Assembly (NCBI GenBank): GCA_037916205.1
Contig: JBAIXY010000179.1
Span: forward strand, 1 to 39,310
DNA length: 39,310 nt
DNA from: Vicinamibacterales bacterium
Lineage (GTDB): Bacteria > Patescibacteriota > Patescibacteriia > SG8-24
Direction: 5' to 3'
In this document: positions 18,982 to 26,919 of the stretch, in pieces
Numbering within the stretch: the first letter of the stretch is position 1
Layout of the letters: each line of letters starts with the position of its first letter
Notes under the pieces: model-generated
Databases searched by the model: none
The model's input: only the letters and a program-made list of their open reading frames with translations
Told to the model about the DNA's origin: nothing
Program-made: the position numbers and the translations under genes

Positions 18982-20565
18982 ATGGCCGAGAACCGCCCAA
19001 AACCGGTGCTGCTGGTCATCTGCGACGGCTGGGGCGTGGCCCCGCCCGGCGAGGGCAATCCCGTCGAGGCCGCTGAAACGCCGGTCTTCGACGAACTGAT
19101 CCGCACTTTCCCGACCGTGACCGTCCGGGCCTCGGGCGAGGCCGTCGGTCTGTCCTGGGGCGAGATGGGCAACTCCGAGGTCGGTCACCTGACCATCGGC
19201 GCCGGCAAGATCTTCTACCAGTCGCTGCCGCGCATCAACATGGCCATTCAGACCGGGGTCTTTTTTAAGAACGAGGTACTGCTCCGGGCCGCCGAGCACG
19301 CCAAGCAGCGGGGCTCGGCTTTCCATATCATGGGCATCTGCAGCCCGGGAAACGTGCACGGCTCGGATGAGCACCTCTACGCCCTGCTGCAGTTCGCCAA
19401 GGAACAGGGGCTGACCAAGGTCTTCGTTCACTGCTTCCTGGACGGCCGCGACACGATCTTCAACACCGGCATCGAGTTCGTCAGGAACCTCCGGGCCAAG
19501 ATGGCCGAGCTGGGCGTCGGCAAAGTGGCCTCGCTGGCCGGCCGCTATTGGGCCATGGACCGCGACAACCGCTGGGACCGCGTCGAGAAAGCCTATAACG
19601 CCATCATCGGCACGGCGGCCGACGCCAAGTACGACGACCCGATCAAGGCCATCGAGGATTCCTACGCCAAGAAGGTCTATGACGAGGAGTTCCTCCCGGT
19701 GATCGTTACCGAGAACGGCGCTCCGGTCGGACCGGTCAAGGACGGCGACACGCTGATCTTCGCCAACTTCCGTCCGGACCGCGCCCGCCAGATCGCCGAG
19801 GCCTTCTCCATCCCGGGCTTCACCAAGTTCCAGCGCGAGTACATGAAGGACCTGATGTTCTGCACGATGATGGAGTACGAGAAGGGGACGCCGCCCCACG
19901 TCATCTTCCCGCCGGAGCTGGTCTCGACCTGCCTGGCCAAGGTCGTTTCCGAAGCCGGGCTCAAGCAGCTGCACATCACCGAGACCGAAAAATACGCCCA
20001 CGTCACTTTCTTCCTGAACGGCATGCGCGAGGAGCCTTTTCCGGGGGAAGAACGGGTGATCATCCCTTCGCCCCGCGTTTCCTCCTACGACCAGGCGCCG
20101 GCCATGTCCACGCCCAAGATCGCCGACCGCATCATCAAGGAGATCCAGGACCAGAAATACGATTTCATCGTCACCAATTTCGCCAACGCCGACATGGTCG
20201 GCCACACCGGCAAGTATGAGGCCACCAAATTGGGCGTCGAAGCTATCGACCAGGCCCTCGGCCGCGTCCTGGCGGCGCTCCTGCCCGCCGGCGGCGTGAT
20301 GATCATGACCGCCGACCACGGCAACGGCGAGGAGGTCCTCAACCTGCAGACCGGCGAGATCGACAAGGAGCACAGCACCAACCCGGTGCCGTTCCTCGTC
20401 GTCGGGGAGCGCTATCGCGGCCAGGCGTCGCCGTCGGGCGAGGTCATCGGCGGCGATCTCTCGATCATGCCGCCGGTCGGCATGCTCGCCGACACGGCGC
20501 CGACCGTGCTCAAGCTGCTGGGCGTGCCCCAGCCTTCGGAAATGACCGGCACGCCGCTCATCTGA
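18982..20565 (+). CDS. gpmI: 2,3-bisphosphoglycerate-independent phosphoglycerate mutase, diverged copy 2
   Basis: ICDGWG, GNSEVGH, FLDGRD, NFANADMVGHTG and ADHGNGE. Starts 7 nt after copy 1. Confidence 0.9.
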   Translation: MAENRPKPVLLVICDGWGVAPPGEGNPVEAAETPVFDELIRTFPTVTVRASGEAVGLSWGEMGNSEVGHLTIGAGKIFYQSLPRINMAIQTGVFFKNEVLLRAAEHAKQRGSAFHIMGICSPGNVHGSDEHLYALLQFAKEQGLTKVFVHCFLDGRDTIFNTGIEFVRNLRAKMAELGVGKVASLAGRYWAMDRDNRWDRVEKAYNAIIGTAADAKYDDPIKAIEDSYAKKVYDEEFLPVIVTENGAPVGPVKDGDTLIFANFRPDRARQIAEAFSIPGFTKFQREYMKDLMFCTMMEYEKGTPPHVIFPPELVSTCLAKVVSEAGLKQLHITETEKYAHVTFFLNGMREEPFPGEERVIIPSPRVSSYDQAPAMSTPKIADRIIKEIQDQKYDFIVTNFANADMVGHTGKYEATKLGVEAIDQALGRVLAALLPAGGVMIMTADHGNGEEVLNLQTGEIDKEHSTNPVPFLVVGERYRGQASPSGEVIGGDLSIMPPVGMLADTAPTVLKLLGVPQPSEMTGTPLI

Positions 20566-20566
20566 T

Positions 20567-21394
20567 ATGCCTGAACTGCCGGAGGTCGAAACGATCAGGC
20601 GGCAGCTGGCCCGCGAGGTCAAAGGCTCGGTGATACTGTCGGCCGACGTGCGTTTCGGGAAACGCCTGAACCTTCCGGCCGACAGGTTCGCGGCGGCGGT
20701 CCGAGGCGCCCGCATCCAGGACGTCGGCCGCCGCGCCAAGCTCCTGGTGTTCACGCTGTCCAACGGCTGGACCATGGTCGCTCACCTGAAGATGACCGGC
20801 CGCTTCCTGCTCAAGCCGGAGGGCGCCGAGCCGACCAAGCACACGCACGTCGTCTTCCACCTGTCCGGACGCCGCCAGCTTTTTTTCGAGGATGTCCGCA
20901 AGTTCGGCTTCATCCGGCTGTTTCCCAGCGGCGAAGTGGAGAAAGCTGTCTTCCAGAAAGAGAAATACGGCCCCGAGCCGCTCGAGCCGTCGTTCGGCTT
21001 CGACCGGTTCGCCGAGTGCCTGATGAAGCGCGCCTCCCGCCGGGTCAAGCCGTCACTGATGGACCAGACCTGCATCGCCGGCATCGGCAATATCTACGCC
21101 GACGAGTCGTTGTGGCGGGCCGGCGTCCGGCCGGACCGGCGGATCTCGTCGCTAAGCCCGGCCGAACTGCGCAAGCTCTACCGCGGCATCCTGACCAGCT
21201 TTCGCGAATCGATCAAACATCATGGCACGTCCGCCGACATGTACGTGGACCTCTACGGGCGGCAGGGGACCTACGTCCGGAAGCTGCGCGTCTACGGCCG
21301 CGAGGGCCAGCGCTGCTACCGCTGCGGCGGCAGGATAGTCAAGGTCCGCATGGGCGGACGCGGCACCCATTTCTGCCCGAAGTGCCAAAAGTAG
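20567..21394 (+). CDS. mutM: Formamidopyrimidine-DNA glycosylase (Fpg/MutM)
   Basis: MPELPEVETIRRQL N-terminus, H2TH region, and a C-terminal zinc finger CYRCGG...HFCPKCQ. Confidence 0.9.
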   Translation: MPELPEVETIRRQLAREVKGSVILSADVRFGKRLNLPADRFAAAVRGARIQDVGRRAKLLVFTLSNGWTMVAHLKMTGRFLLKPEGAEPTKHTHVVFHLSGRRQLFFEDVRKFGFIRLFPSGEVEKAVFQKEKYGPEPLEPSFGFDRFAECLMKRASRRVKPSLMDQTCIAGIGNIYADESLWRAGVRPDRRISSLSPAELRKLYRGILTSFRESIKHHGTSADMYVDLYGRQGTYVRKLRVYGREGQRCYRCGGRIVKVRMGGRGTHFCPKCQK

Positions 21395-21436
21395 CTCGAG
21401 CGGCGGCTGTCCCGGCCGCCGGTCTCCCGAACACCT

Positions 21437-23251
21437 GTGCTCACGGACCGGCCAAGAAAACCTAACGGACGCGGCTTCACCCTGGTCGAACTCCTGGTGA
21501 CGATCTCGATCATCGGGCTTTTGTCGACCATCGCCACGGTCTCCTACACGAGCGTGCGGGCCAGCTCCCGCGACACCAAGCGCGTCTCCGACGTCAAGGC
21601 CATTCAGGCGGCGCTGGAGATCTATTTCGAGAGCAACAGCTCCTATCCTTTCGACGGCGTGGCCGGGCCCGACGGCGAGATCCTCGGCCTGCCCGAGACC
21701 CTGACGCTGTCCGACATCGGATTCGCGCCCGAGCCCGAAGGCATGGTCTACATGGCCCGCGTGCCCCGGAACCCCGAGCCCAACGGTTCGCCCTACGTCT
21801 ACCGTTCGCTCTACCGCAACGGCCGGGACTGCAACGACCCGAAGTGCGACGCCTACGCCGTGCTGTTCACCCTGGAGAAGGCCTCGGGCGCCTGGCTGGC
21901 CGGACCGCACGCCCTGACGACGCAGGGCCTGGCCGGGGCCGAAGGCGGCACGGCCGGCGCCGGCGTGACCTCGGCCGGCGGCGAGATCGTCGGCCTGGCG
22001 GGCGCCCAGGCGGCGCTCATGCAGTTCGCCGACCAGGCCACCACCACGGTAACCGACTTCGTCAACGATCCGACGGTCAAGGAGGTAACCGAGGTGGCCG
22101 TGGCCCCGACCGCGGCCGCCGCCGCCGTGGCCAACACGGCCATCGCCGCCCAGGCCACGACCTCGGTGGCCGCCACCCAGTACCTGTTCTTCTTCCTGAC
22201 CCAGCCCATCCTGATGCTCAGGCGCCGCCGCCGCCGGTCCTGGGGCGTCATCTACAACTCGCTGTCGCGCCTGCCCGAGGACCTGGTCATCGTCAGGCTG
22301 CGCAACGGCGACAACAACCGGGTGATCAAGAGCGACGTGACCGACAAGGACGGACGCTTCTCCTTCATCGTGCCGGCCGGGCGCTACCGGCTGGAGGCCA
22401 GCAAGGTCAAGTTCGTCTTCCCCAGCAAGATCACCGCCGAACTGAAGGAGGACGGCCAGTACATCGATCTCTACCACGGGGAGGTAATCGAGGTCGGGGC
22501 GGAAGGCGCGGTGCTGACGCCGAACATCCCGATGGACCCCGCCGAGGACAGCGAATCGGACGCCGCCATCGTCAAGAAAGACCGCTGGCGCAAGCTGCAG
22601 ACCCAGATCGCCTTCGTCGGCCCCGCCCTGGGAGCCCTGTCGCTGGTCATCAAGCCCTCGCTGTTCGTCGGTCTGCTCTTCCTGCTGCAGATATTCCTTT
22701 ACATGTTCTTCCGCCGCTTCGCCGCGCCGGTCTCGCCCAAGAACTGGGGCATCGTCTACGACGAGTCGACCGGCAGGTCGGTGGTGAGCGCGGTGCTCCG
22801 GGTTTTCGCCCTGCCGTATCATAAGCTGCTCGACACCAAGGTGTCCGACAGCCGCGGCCGCTACAATTTCCGCGTCGGCAACAGCAAGTACTACCTGACC
22901 GTGACCAAAGCCGGATATCTGAAGACCGAGAGCGAGCCGGTCGATTTCACCGGTACGACCGAGCCGATGTTCATCGCCGCCGATATCCCGCTGCGGAACG
23001 CGGCGCTCGCGGCCGCCGAATCGGCGGAAGCCCAGCTGCGGGCGCCGGCGCCGGAGAGGCCGGCGTCGCAGCCGACGGCAGCCGCGCCGACCGCCGCCCA
23101 GCCGCCGGTCGTGCCTCCGGCAGCCCCGGCAGCGCCTTCGATCCAACCTCCGGCGGCGCAGCCGCCAGCCGCGACCGGCGCGGTCCCGACGGCTCCGGCC
23201 GCTCCTCCGCCCGCGGCCGCCCGGCAGCCCCAGCCCCCCAAGCAGCCTTAG
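21437..23251 (+). CDS. Prepilin-type N-terminal domain fused to multi-pass membrane region with two CarboxypepD_reg-like domains and a Pro/Ala-rich tail
   Basis: GTG start. The leader ends RG|FTLVELLV plus a hydrophobic helix. Further hydrophobic helices follow, one of them followed by RRRRRR. Two beta-sandwich-like segments are present (VTDKDGRFSFIVPAGRYRLEA; VSDSRGRYNFRVGNSKYYLTVTKAGY). One continuous 604-codon frame. Confidence 0.75.
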   Translation: MLTDRPRKPNGRGFTLVELLVTISIIGLLSTIATVSYTSVRASSRDTKRVSDVKAIQAALEIYFESNSSYPFDGVAGPDGEILGLPETLTLSDIGFAPEPEGMVYMARVPRNPEPNGSPYVYRSLYRNGRDCNDPKCDAYAVLFTLEKASGAWLAGPHALTTQGLAGAEGGTAGAGVTSAGGEIVGLAGAQAALMQFADQATTTVTDFVNDPTVKEVTEVAVAPTAAAAAVANTAIAAQATTSVAATQYLFFFLTQPILMLRRRRRRSWGVIYNSLSRLPEDLVIVRLRNGDNNRVIKSDVTDKDGRFSFIVPAGRYRLEASKVKFVFPSKITAELKEDGQYIDLYHGEVIEVGAEGAVLTPNIPMDPAEDSESDAAIVKKDRWRKLQTQIAFVGPALGALSLVIKPSLFVGLLFLLQIFLYMFFRRFAAPVSPKNWGIVYDESTGRSVVSAVLRVFALPYHKLLDTKVSDSRGRYNFRVGNSKYYLTVTKAGYLKTESEPVDFTGTTEPMFIAADIPLRNAALAAAESAEAQLRAPAPERPASQPTAAAPTAAQPPVVPPAAPAAPSIQPPAAQPPAATGAVPTAPAAPPPAAARQPQPPKQP

Positions 23252-23274
23252 CCCGCACGACCTGAGCGCTCCCT

Positions 23275-23913
23275 ATGATCCTCTTTGACGCCAGACTTTT
23301 TCGCCAGATCAACGACGCGGCCGGCCGCGGCGGTTTTCTGGACGCCCTGGGCGTTTTCTGCGCCGAGTACCTGATCTTCGTCATCGTCGCCCTGGTGCTG
23401 CTCGATCTGGTCCTGACCCTGCGGCGCGGCAGGATGGGCCGGATCCGGTCGGCCTGGAACCGGCTGTCCGATCTAATCCGCCGGCGCGCGGCGCCGCCGC
23501 CCGGAGCCGCCGCGGTGCGCGCGCTGTTCGCCTCGGCCTTCGCCTACGCGGGCAATTTCTTTTTCAGCCTGGTCTGGTTCCGCCCCCGCCCGTTCGTCAG
23601 CCTGCTCCAGGTGCACCAGCTGATCGCCAAATCGCCGCTGGAAAAATCTTTCCCTTCCGACCACTCCACCCTGGCCTTCGCCATCGCCTTTTCGGCGCTG
23701 ACCGTCCGGCCCGCGTTCGGCCTGCTCCTCGTTGTCCTGGCCGCTGCCGTGGCCTGGGGCCGGGTCTTCGTCGGCGTTCACTATCCGCTGGACGTCGCGG
23801 CCGGCGCCCTGGCCGGCCTCTTCTGGGCCCTGGTCATCGCCCGCCTGGACCGCGGCCGCCGTTTCACGGCGGCGCTGGTCCGCCGGCTGTCCGAATTCCG
23901 CCGCCGCCTATGA
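23275..23913 (+). CDS. PAP2-family phosphatase (undecaprenyl-diphosphatase/BcrC-like)
   Basis: Membrane protein with PAP2 motifs: KSFPSDHS and GRVFVGVHYPLDV. Confidence 0.85.
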   Translation: MILFDARLFRQINDAAGRGGFLDALGVFCAEYLIFVIVALVLLDLVLTLRRGRMGRIRSAWNRLSDLIRRRAAPPPGAAAVRALFASAFAYAGNFFFSLVWFRPRPFVSLLQVHQLIAKSPLEKSFPSDHSTLAFAIAFSALTVRPAFGLLLVVLAAAVAWGRVFVGVHYPLDVAAGALAGLFWALVIARLDRGRRFTAALVRRLSEFRRRL

Positions 23914-25001
23914 AAGCGATCATCCTGGCGGGCGGGGGAGGCACCCGTCTTTGGCCCGTATCCCGCCGCCGCAGCCCCAAACAGGTCGAGGCCATCGTCG
24001 GCGACCGATCGCTCTTGCAGGCGACCTATGACCGCCTGCGCCGCGCCTTCAAGCCGCAGGACATCCTGGTCGCCGCGGCCGAAGCCCAGCGCGCCAAGGT
24101 CGCCGCCCAGCTGCCACGCCTGCCGCTCGCGAACCTGATCCTCGAGCCCTATCGCCGCGACACGGCCTCGGCCATCGGCTTCGCCCTGCTGCAGGCCGCG
24201 CGCCGCGACCCCGACGACAATTTCGCCGTCATCTATTCCGACGCCTACGTCAAGGACGTCGACGAATATCTGCGCGTGATCCGCTCCGCCGACCAGGTCG
24301 TCGCCTCGCATCCCGACCGGATACTGCTCATCGGCATCAAACCCTCCTATCCGGAGACCGGCTACGGCTACATCCGGACCGGCCCGCTGGTCCAGAAGCG
24401 CCGCACCGGAGGCCGGGCCGATTTCGTCTTCAAGCTCGATCGTTTCATCGAGAAGCCCAGCCTGGACAAGGCCCGCGAGTACCTGGCCCACGGCGGTTAC
24501 CTTTGGAATCCCGGCCTTATCGTCGGCCGGATCGGCCGCTTCCTGTCGCTTTATGAGCGCGACCTGCCGGAGCACGCCCGCATTTTCACGGCCATGAAAA
24601 AGAGCTTCGGCCTCCGCGGCGAGACCGCCGCCGTCCGCCGGCTGTTCAAGAAACTGCCCTCGATCAGCGTCGACTACGGCATACTGGAGAAGCAAAAAGG
24701 CCTCCTGGTCATGCCGGCAGACTTCGGCTGGGCCGATGTCGGCAACTGGCGGACGGTCCGCGACGTGCTGGCCGCCGATCCCGACGCCAACGTGGTCAAG
24801 GGGCTTCACGTCGGCATCGATTCGCGCGGCAACCTGATCTACGGCCGGCCGGGCAAGCTCATGGCCACGGTCGGCGTCCACGGCATGGTCATCATCGACA
24901 CCGGCGACACCGTGCTGGTCTGCCCGCAGGACCGGGCCCAGGACGTCAAGAAACTGGTAGCCGAACTCGAGGGCTGCTCCCGCTACCGCAAGTATTCCTG
25001 A
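23910..25001 (+). CDS. Mannose-1-phosphate guanylyltransferase-like nucleotidyltransferase (no cupin/PMI domain)
   Basis: MKAIILAGGGGTRLWPVSRRRSPKQ signature and ETGYGYI. 4-nt ATGA overlap with the PAP2 gene. Confidence 0.85.
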   Translation: MKAIILAGGGGTRLWPVSRRRSPKQVEAIVGDRSLLQATYDRLRRAFKPQDILVAAAEAQRAKVAAQLPRLPLANLILEPYRRDTASAIGFALLQAARRDPDDNFAVIYSDAYVKDVDEYLRVIRSADQVVASHPDRILLIGIKPSYPETGYGYIRTGPLVQKRRTGGRADFVFKLDRFIEKPSLDKAREYLAHGGYLWNPGLIVGRIGRFLSLYERDLPEHARIFTAMKKSFGLRGETAAVRRLFKKLPSISVDYGILEKQKGLLVMPADFGWADVGNWRTVRDVLAADPDANVVKGLHVGIDSRGNLIYGRPGKLMATVGVHGMVIIDTGDTVLVCPQDRAQDVKKLVAELEGCSRYRKYS

Positions 25002-25006
25002 GGCCT

Positions 25007-25897
25007 ATGGCCGAGAAGTGGAACTACGAACCGAGGATCGAGGACCAGGGCGGCCGGCTGCCGCCCGAGGCGGCCAGCGACCTGCTGCGCCTCCGGCCAG
25101 TCGAGATCCCGGAGATCGAAAAAGGGGAGCGCGAGTCCGCCGCCATCCGGGACCTCAACGCCGCCGCCGGCAGGGTCCTGGCCGATCTCGGCCTTCCGCC
25201 GCTTGAGGTGCCTGACGAGGCCGTCCATTTCGTCAGCCCGGAGGATTTTCGCGACAAGCTGAAGACCAAGGAAACGAGCCGGTCCGGCTGGTCGTCCGGC
25301 CACATCTACATGAAAAGCGGCGCGCCGGACGAAGAGCTGATCAGCGACCTGTCGCACGAGATGGCCCATGACGTCTCCTACCTGTCGAAACGGATCACGA
25401 CCGCGGACAAGCCCGGCAGCGAAGAGGCCGAGACGTCCGTCAAACTGAAGCGGCTGGGATTCTACTTCCCGATCCGGGCCGGCCGCGAGGGCTTCAGGGG
25501 CATGAATGAGGCGACCACGGAGATGTTCGCCATGGCCATGCGCGACGCCTATTGCGACGCCAAAGGCCTTTCCGAGGAGCAGCGCCGTCCGTATTTCGAG
25601 GCCACGGCCTATTCGCCCCAGGTCCTGGTCATGGAGAAGGTCTGCGCCCTTCTGGGCGGCGGCGACATGCAGCCGGGCTTCGAGAAGCTGCTGCGCGGCT
25701 TCGTCACCGGCGATCTCTCGTTCCTCAAGGAGCTGGAGGGCCGGCACCGCGGCATCGTCCGGCAGCTCTGCGAGATGGGGACGACGCAGGAAGACGCCCG
25801 CCGCGTCGCCGGCGAACTGGGCTTCCGGGAGGAATTCGACCGGACCATCAACGCGCTAATCGAACATAAGAGCAAAAAAGATGCGGACAGCGCTTAA
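25007..25897 (+). CDS. Hypothetical protein with HExxH (HEMAH) and downstream NEATTE, putative gluzincin-like metallopeptidase
   Basis: 296-aa ORF with G/C-ending codons and GAGG upstream of the ATG. No signal peptide or TM. Motifs read directly from the translation. Family not recognised. Confidence 0.7.
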   Translation: MAEKWNYEPRIEDQGGRLPPEAASDLLRLRPVEIPEIEKGERESAAIRDLNAAAGRVLADLGLPPLEVPDEAVHFVSPEDFRDKLKTKETSRSGWSSGHIYMKSGAPDEELISDLSHEMAHDVSYLSKRITTADKPGSEEAETSVKLKRLGFYFPIRAGREGFRGMNEATTEMFAMAMRDAYCDAKGLSEEQRRPYFEATAYSPQVLVMEKVCALLGGGDMQPGFEKLLRGFVTGDLSFLKELEGRHRGIVRQLCEMGTTQEDARRVAGELGFREEFDRTINALIEHKSKKDADSA

Positions 25898-26915
25898 GAT
25901 CATCGCCTCGATACTGGCGGTCATCGTTATCGCGGCCTGGACCGGGGTCTGGCTTTCGTCGCCCGGCCAGCCGGCTGACCGGTCCTTTTCCGTCGCTTCC
26001 GGCGAGAATCCCGATCGCATCACCCAGCGGCTGTACGAGCGGGGCTTCATCCATAGCCGTGCGCTTTTCAAACTGGCCCTCGGCGCCAGCGGCCTGGCGA
26101 CCAAACTGCAGCCCGGAGCCTACGATCTGAGCGGCGTCGGCGATTACCAGGAACTGATCAAGCGCCTGACCACCGGCGGCGTCGCGGCCAACGAGTTCAC
26201 GCTGCTGATCAAGGAGGGCTGGAACCTCCGCGACATCGCTTCGCGGCTGGAGAGTCTCGGCTACCCCGACGCCAAACGCCTCTTCGAGGTCACCGGCCAG
26301 CCGGCGCAGGACTACCGCAGCGAGGGGAAAAAGCCGCCCAGCCTGACGGCCGACTTTCCTTTCCTCAAGGACAAGCCCGAATACGTCAGCCTCGAAGGCT
26401 ACCTGTTCCCGGATACCTATCGCGTGTTCAAGGACGACAAGGCCGAAGCGCTGGTGCGGCGGCTGCTGGTCAATTTCGAGAAGAAGGTCGCCGATGGCCT
26501 GGGCGCCGATGTCGAGGCTTCCGGCCACACGCTGTTCGACATCGTCACCATGGCCAGCATCGTGGAGCGGGAGGTGCGCGGCGACGAGGATCGGGCCATG
26601 GTCGCCGACATCTTCTGGCGCCGGGTCAACGCCGGGATGGCGCTGCAGGCCGATGCGACGGTCAACTACGCCACCGGCGGGTCGGCGCCGGCGGTCAGCC
26701 TCGCCGACACCGAGGTGGATTCGCGCTATAATACCTATAAATATCCCGACCTGCCGCTCGGCCCGATCAGCAACCCCGGACTTTCGGCGATCAAGGCGGC
26801 GCTGCACCCCCAGGCGAACGCCTACTGGTTCTTCCTGACCGACGACAAGGGAAAGGTCCATTACGCCAAGACCCTGGAGGAACACAATCGCAACAAGGCC
26901 AAATATTTGCACTGA
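25881..26915 (+). CDS. mltG: Endolytic murein transglycosylase MltG (YceG-like)
   Basis: N-terminal TM helix, the ASIVEREV segment, and YNTYKYPDLPLGPISNPG. Overlaps the preceding ORF by 17 nt. Confidence 0.9.
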   Translation: MRTALKIIASILAVIVIAAWTGVWLSSPGQPADRSFSVASGENPDRITQRLYERGFIHSRALFKLALGASGLATKLQPGAYDLSGVGDYQELIKRLTTGGVAANEFTLLIKEGWNLRDIASRLESLGYPDAKRLFEVTGQPAQDYRSEGKKPPSLTADFPFLKDKPEYVSLEGYLFPDTYRVFKDDKAEALVRRLLVNFEKKVADGLGADVEASGHTLFDIVTMASIVEREVRGDEDRAMVADIFWRRVNAGMALQADATVNYATGGSAPAVSLADTEVDSRYNTYKYPDLPLGPISNPGLSAIKAALHPQANAYWFFLTDDKGKVHYAKTLEEHNRNKAKYLH

Positions 26916-26919
26916 ACAT

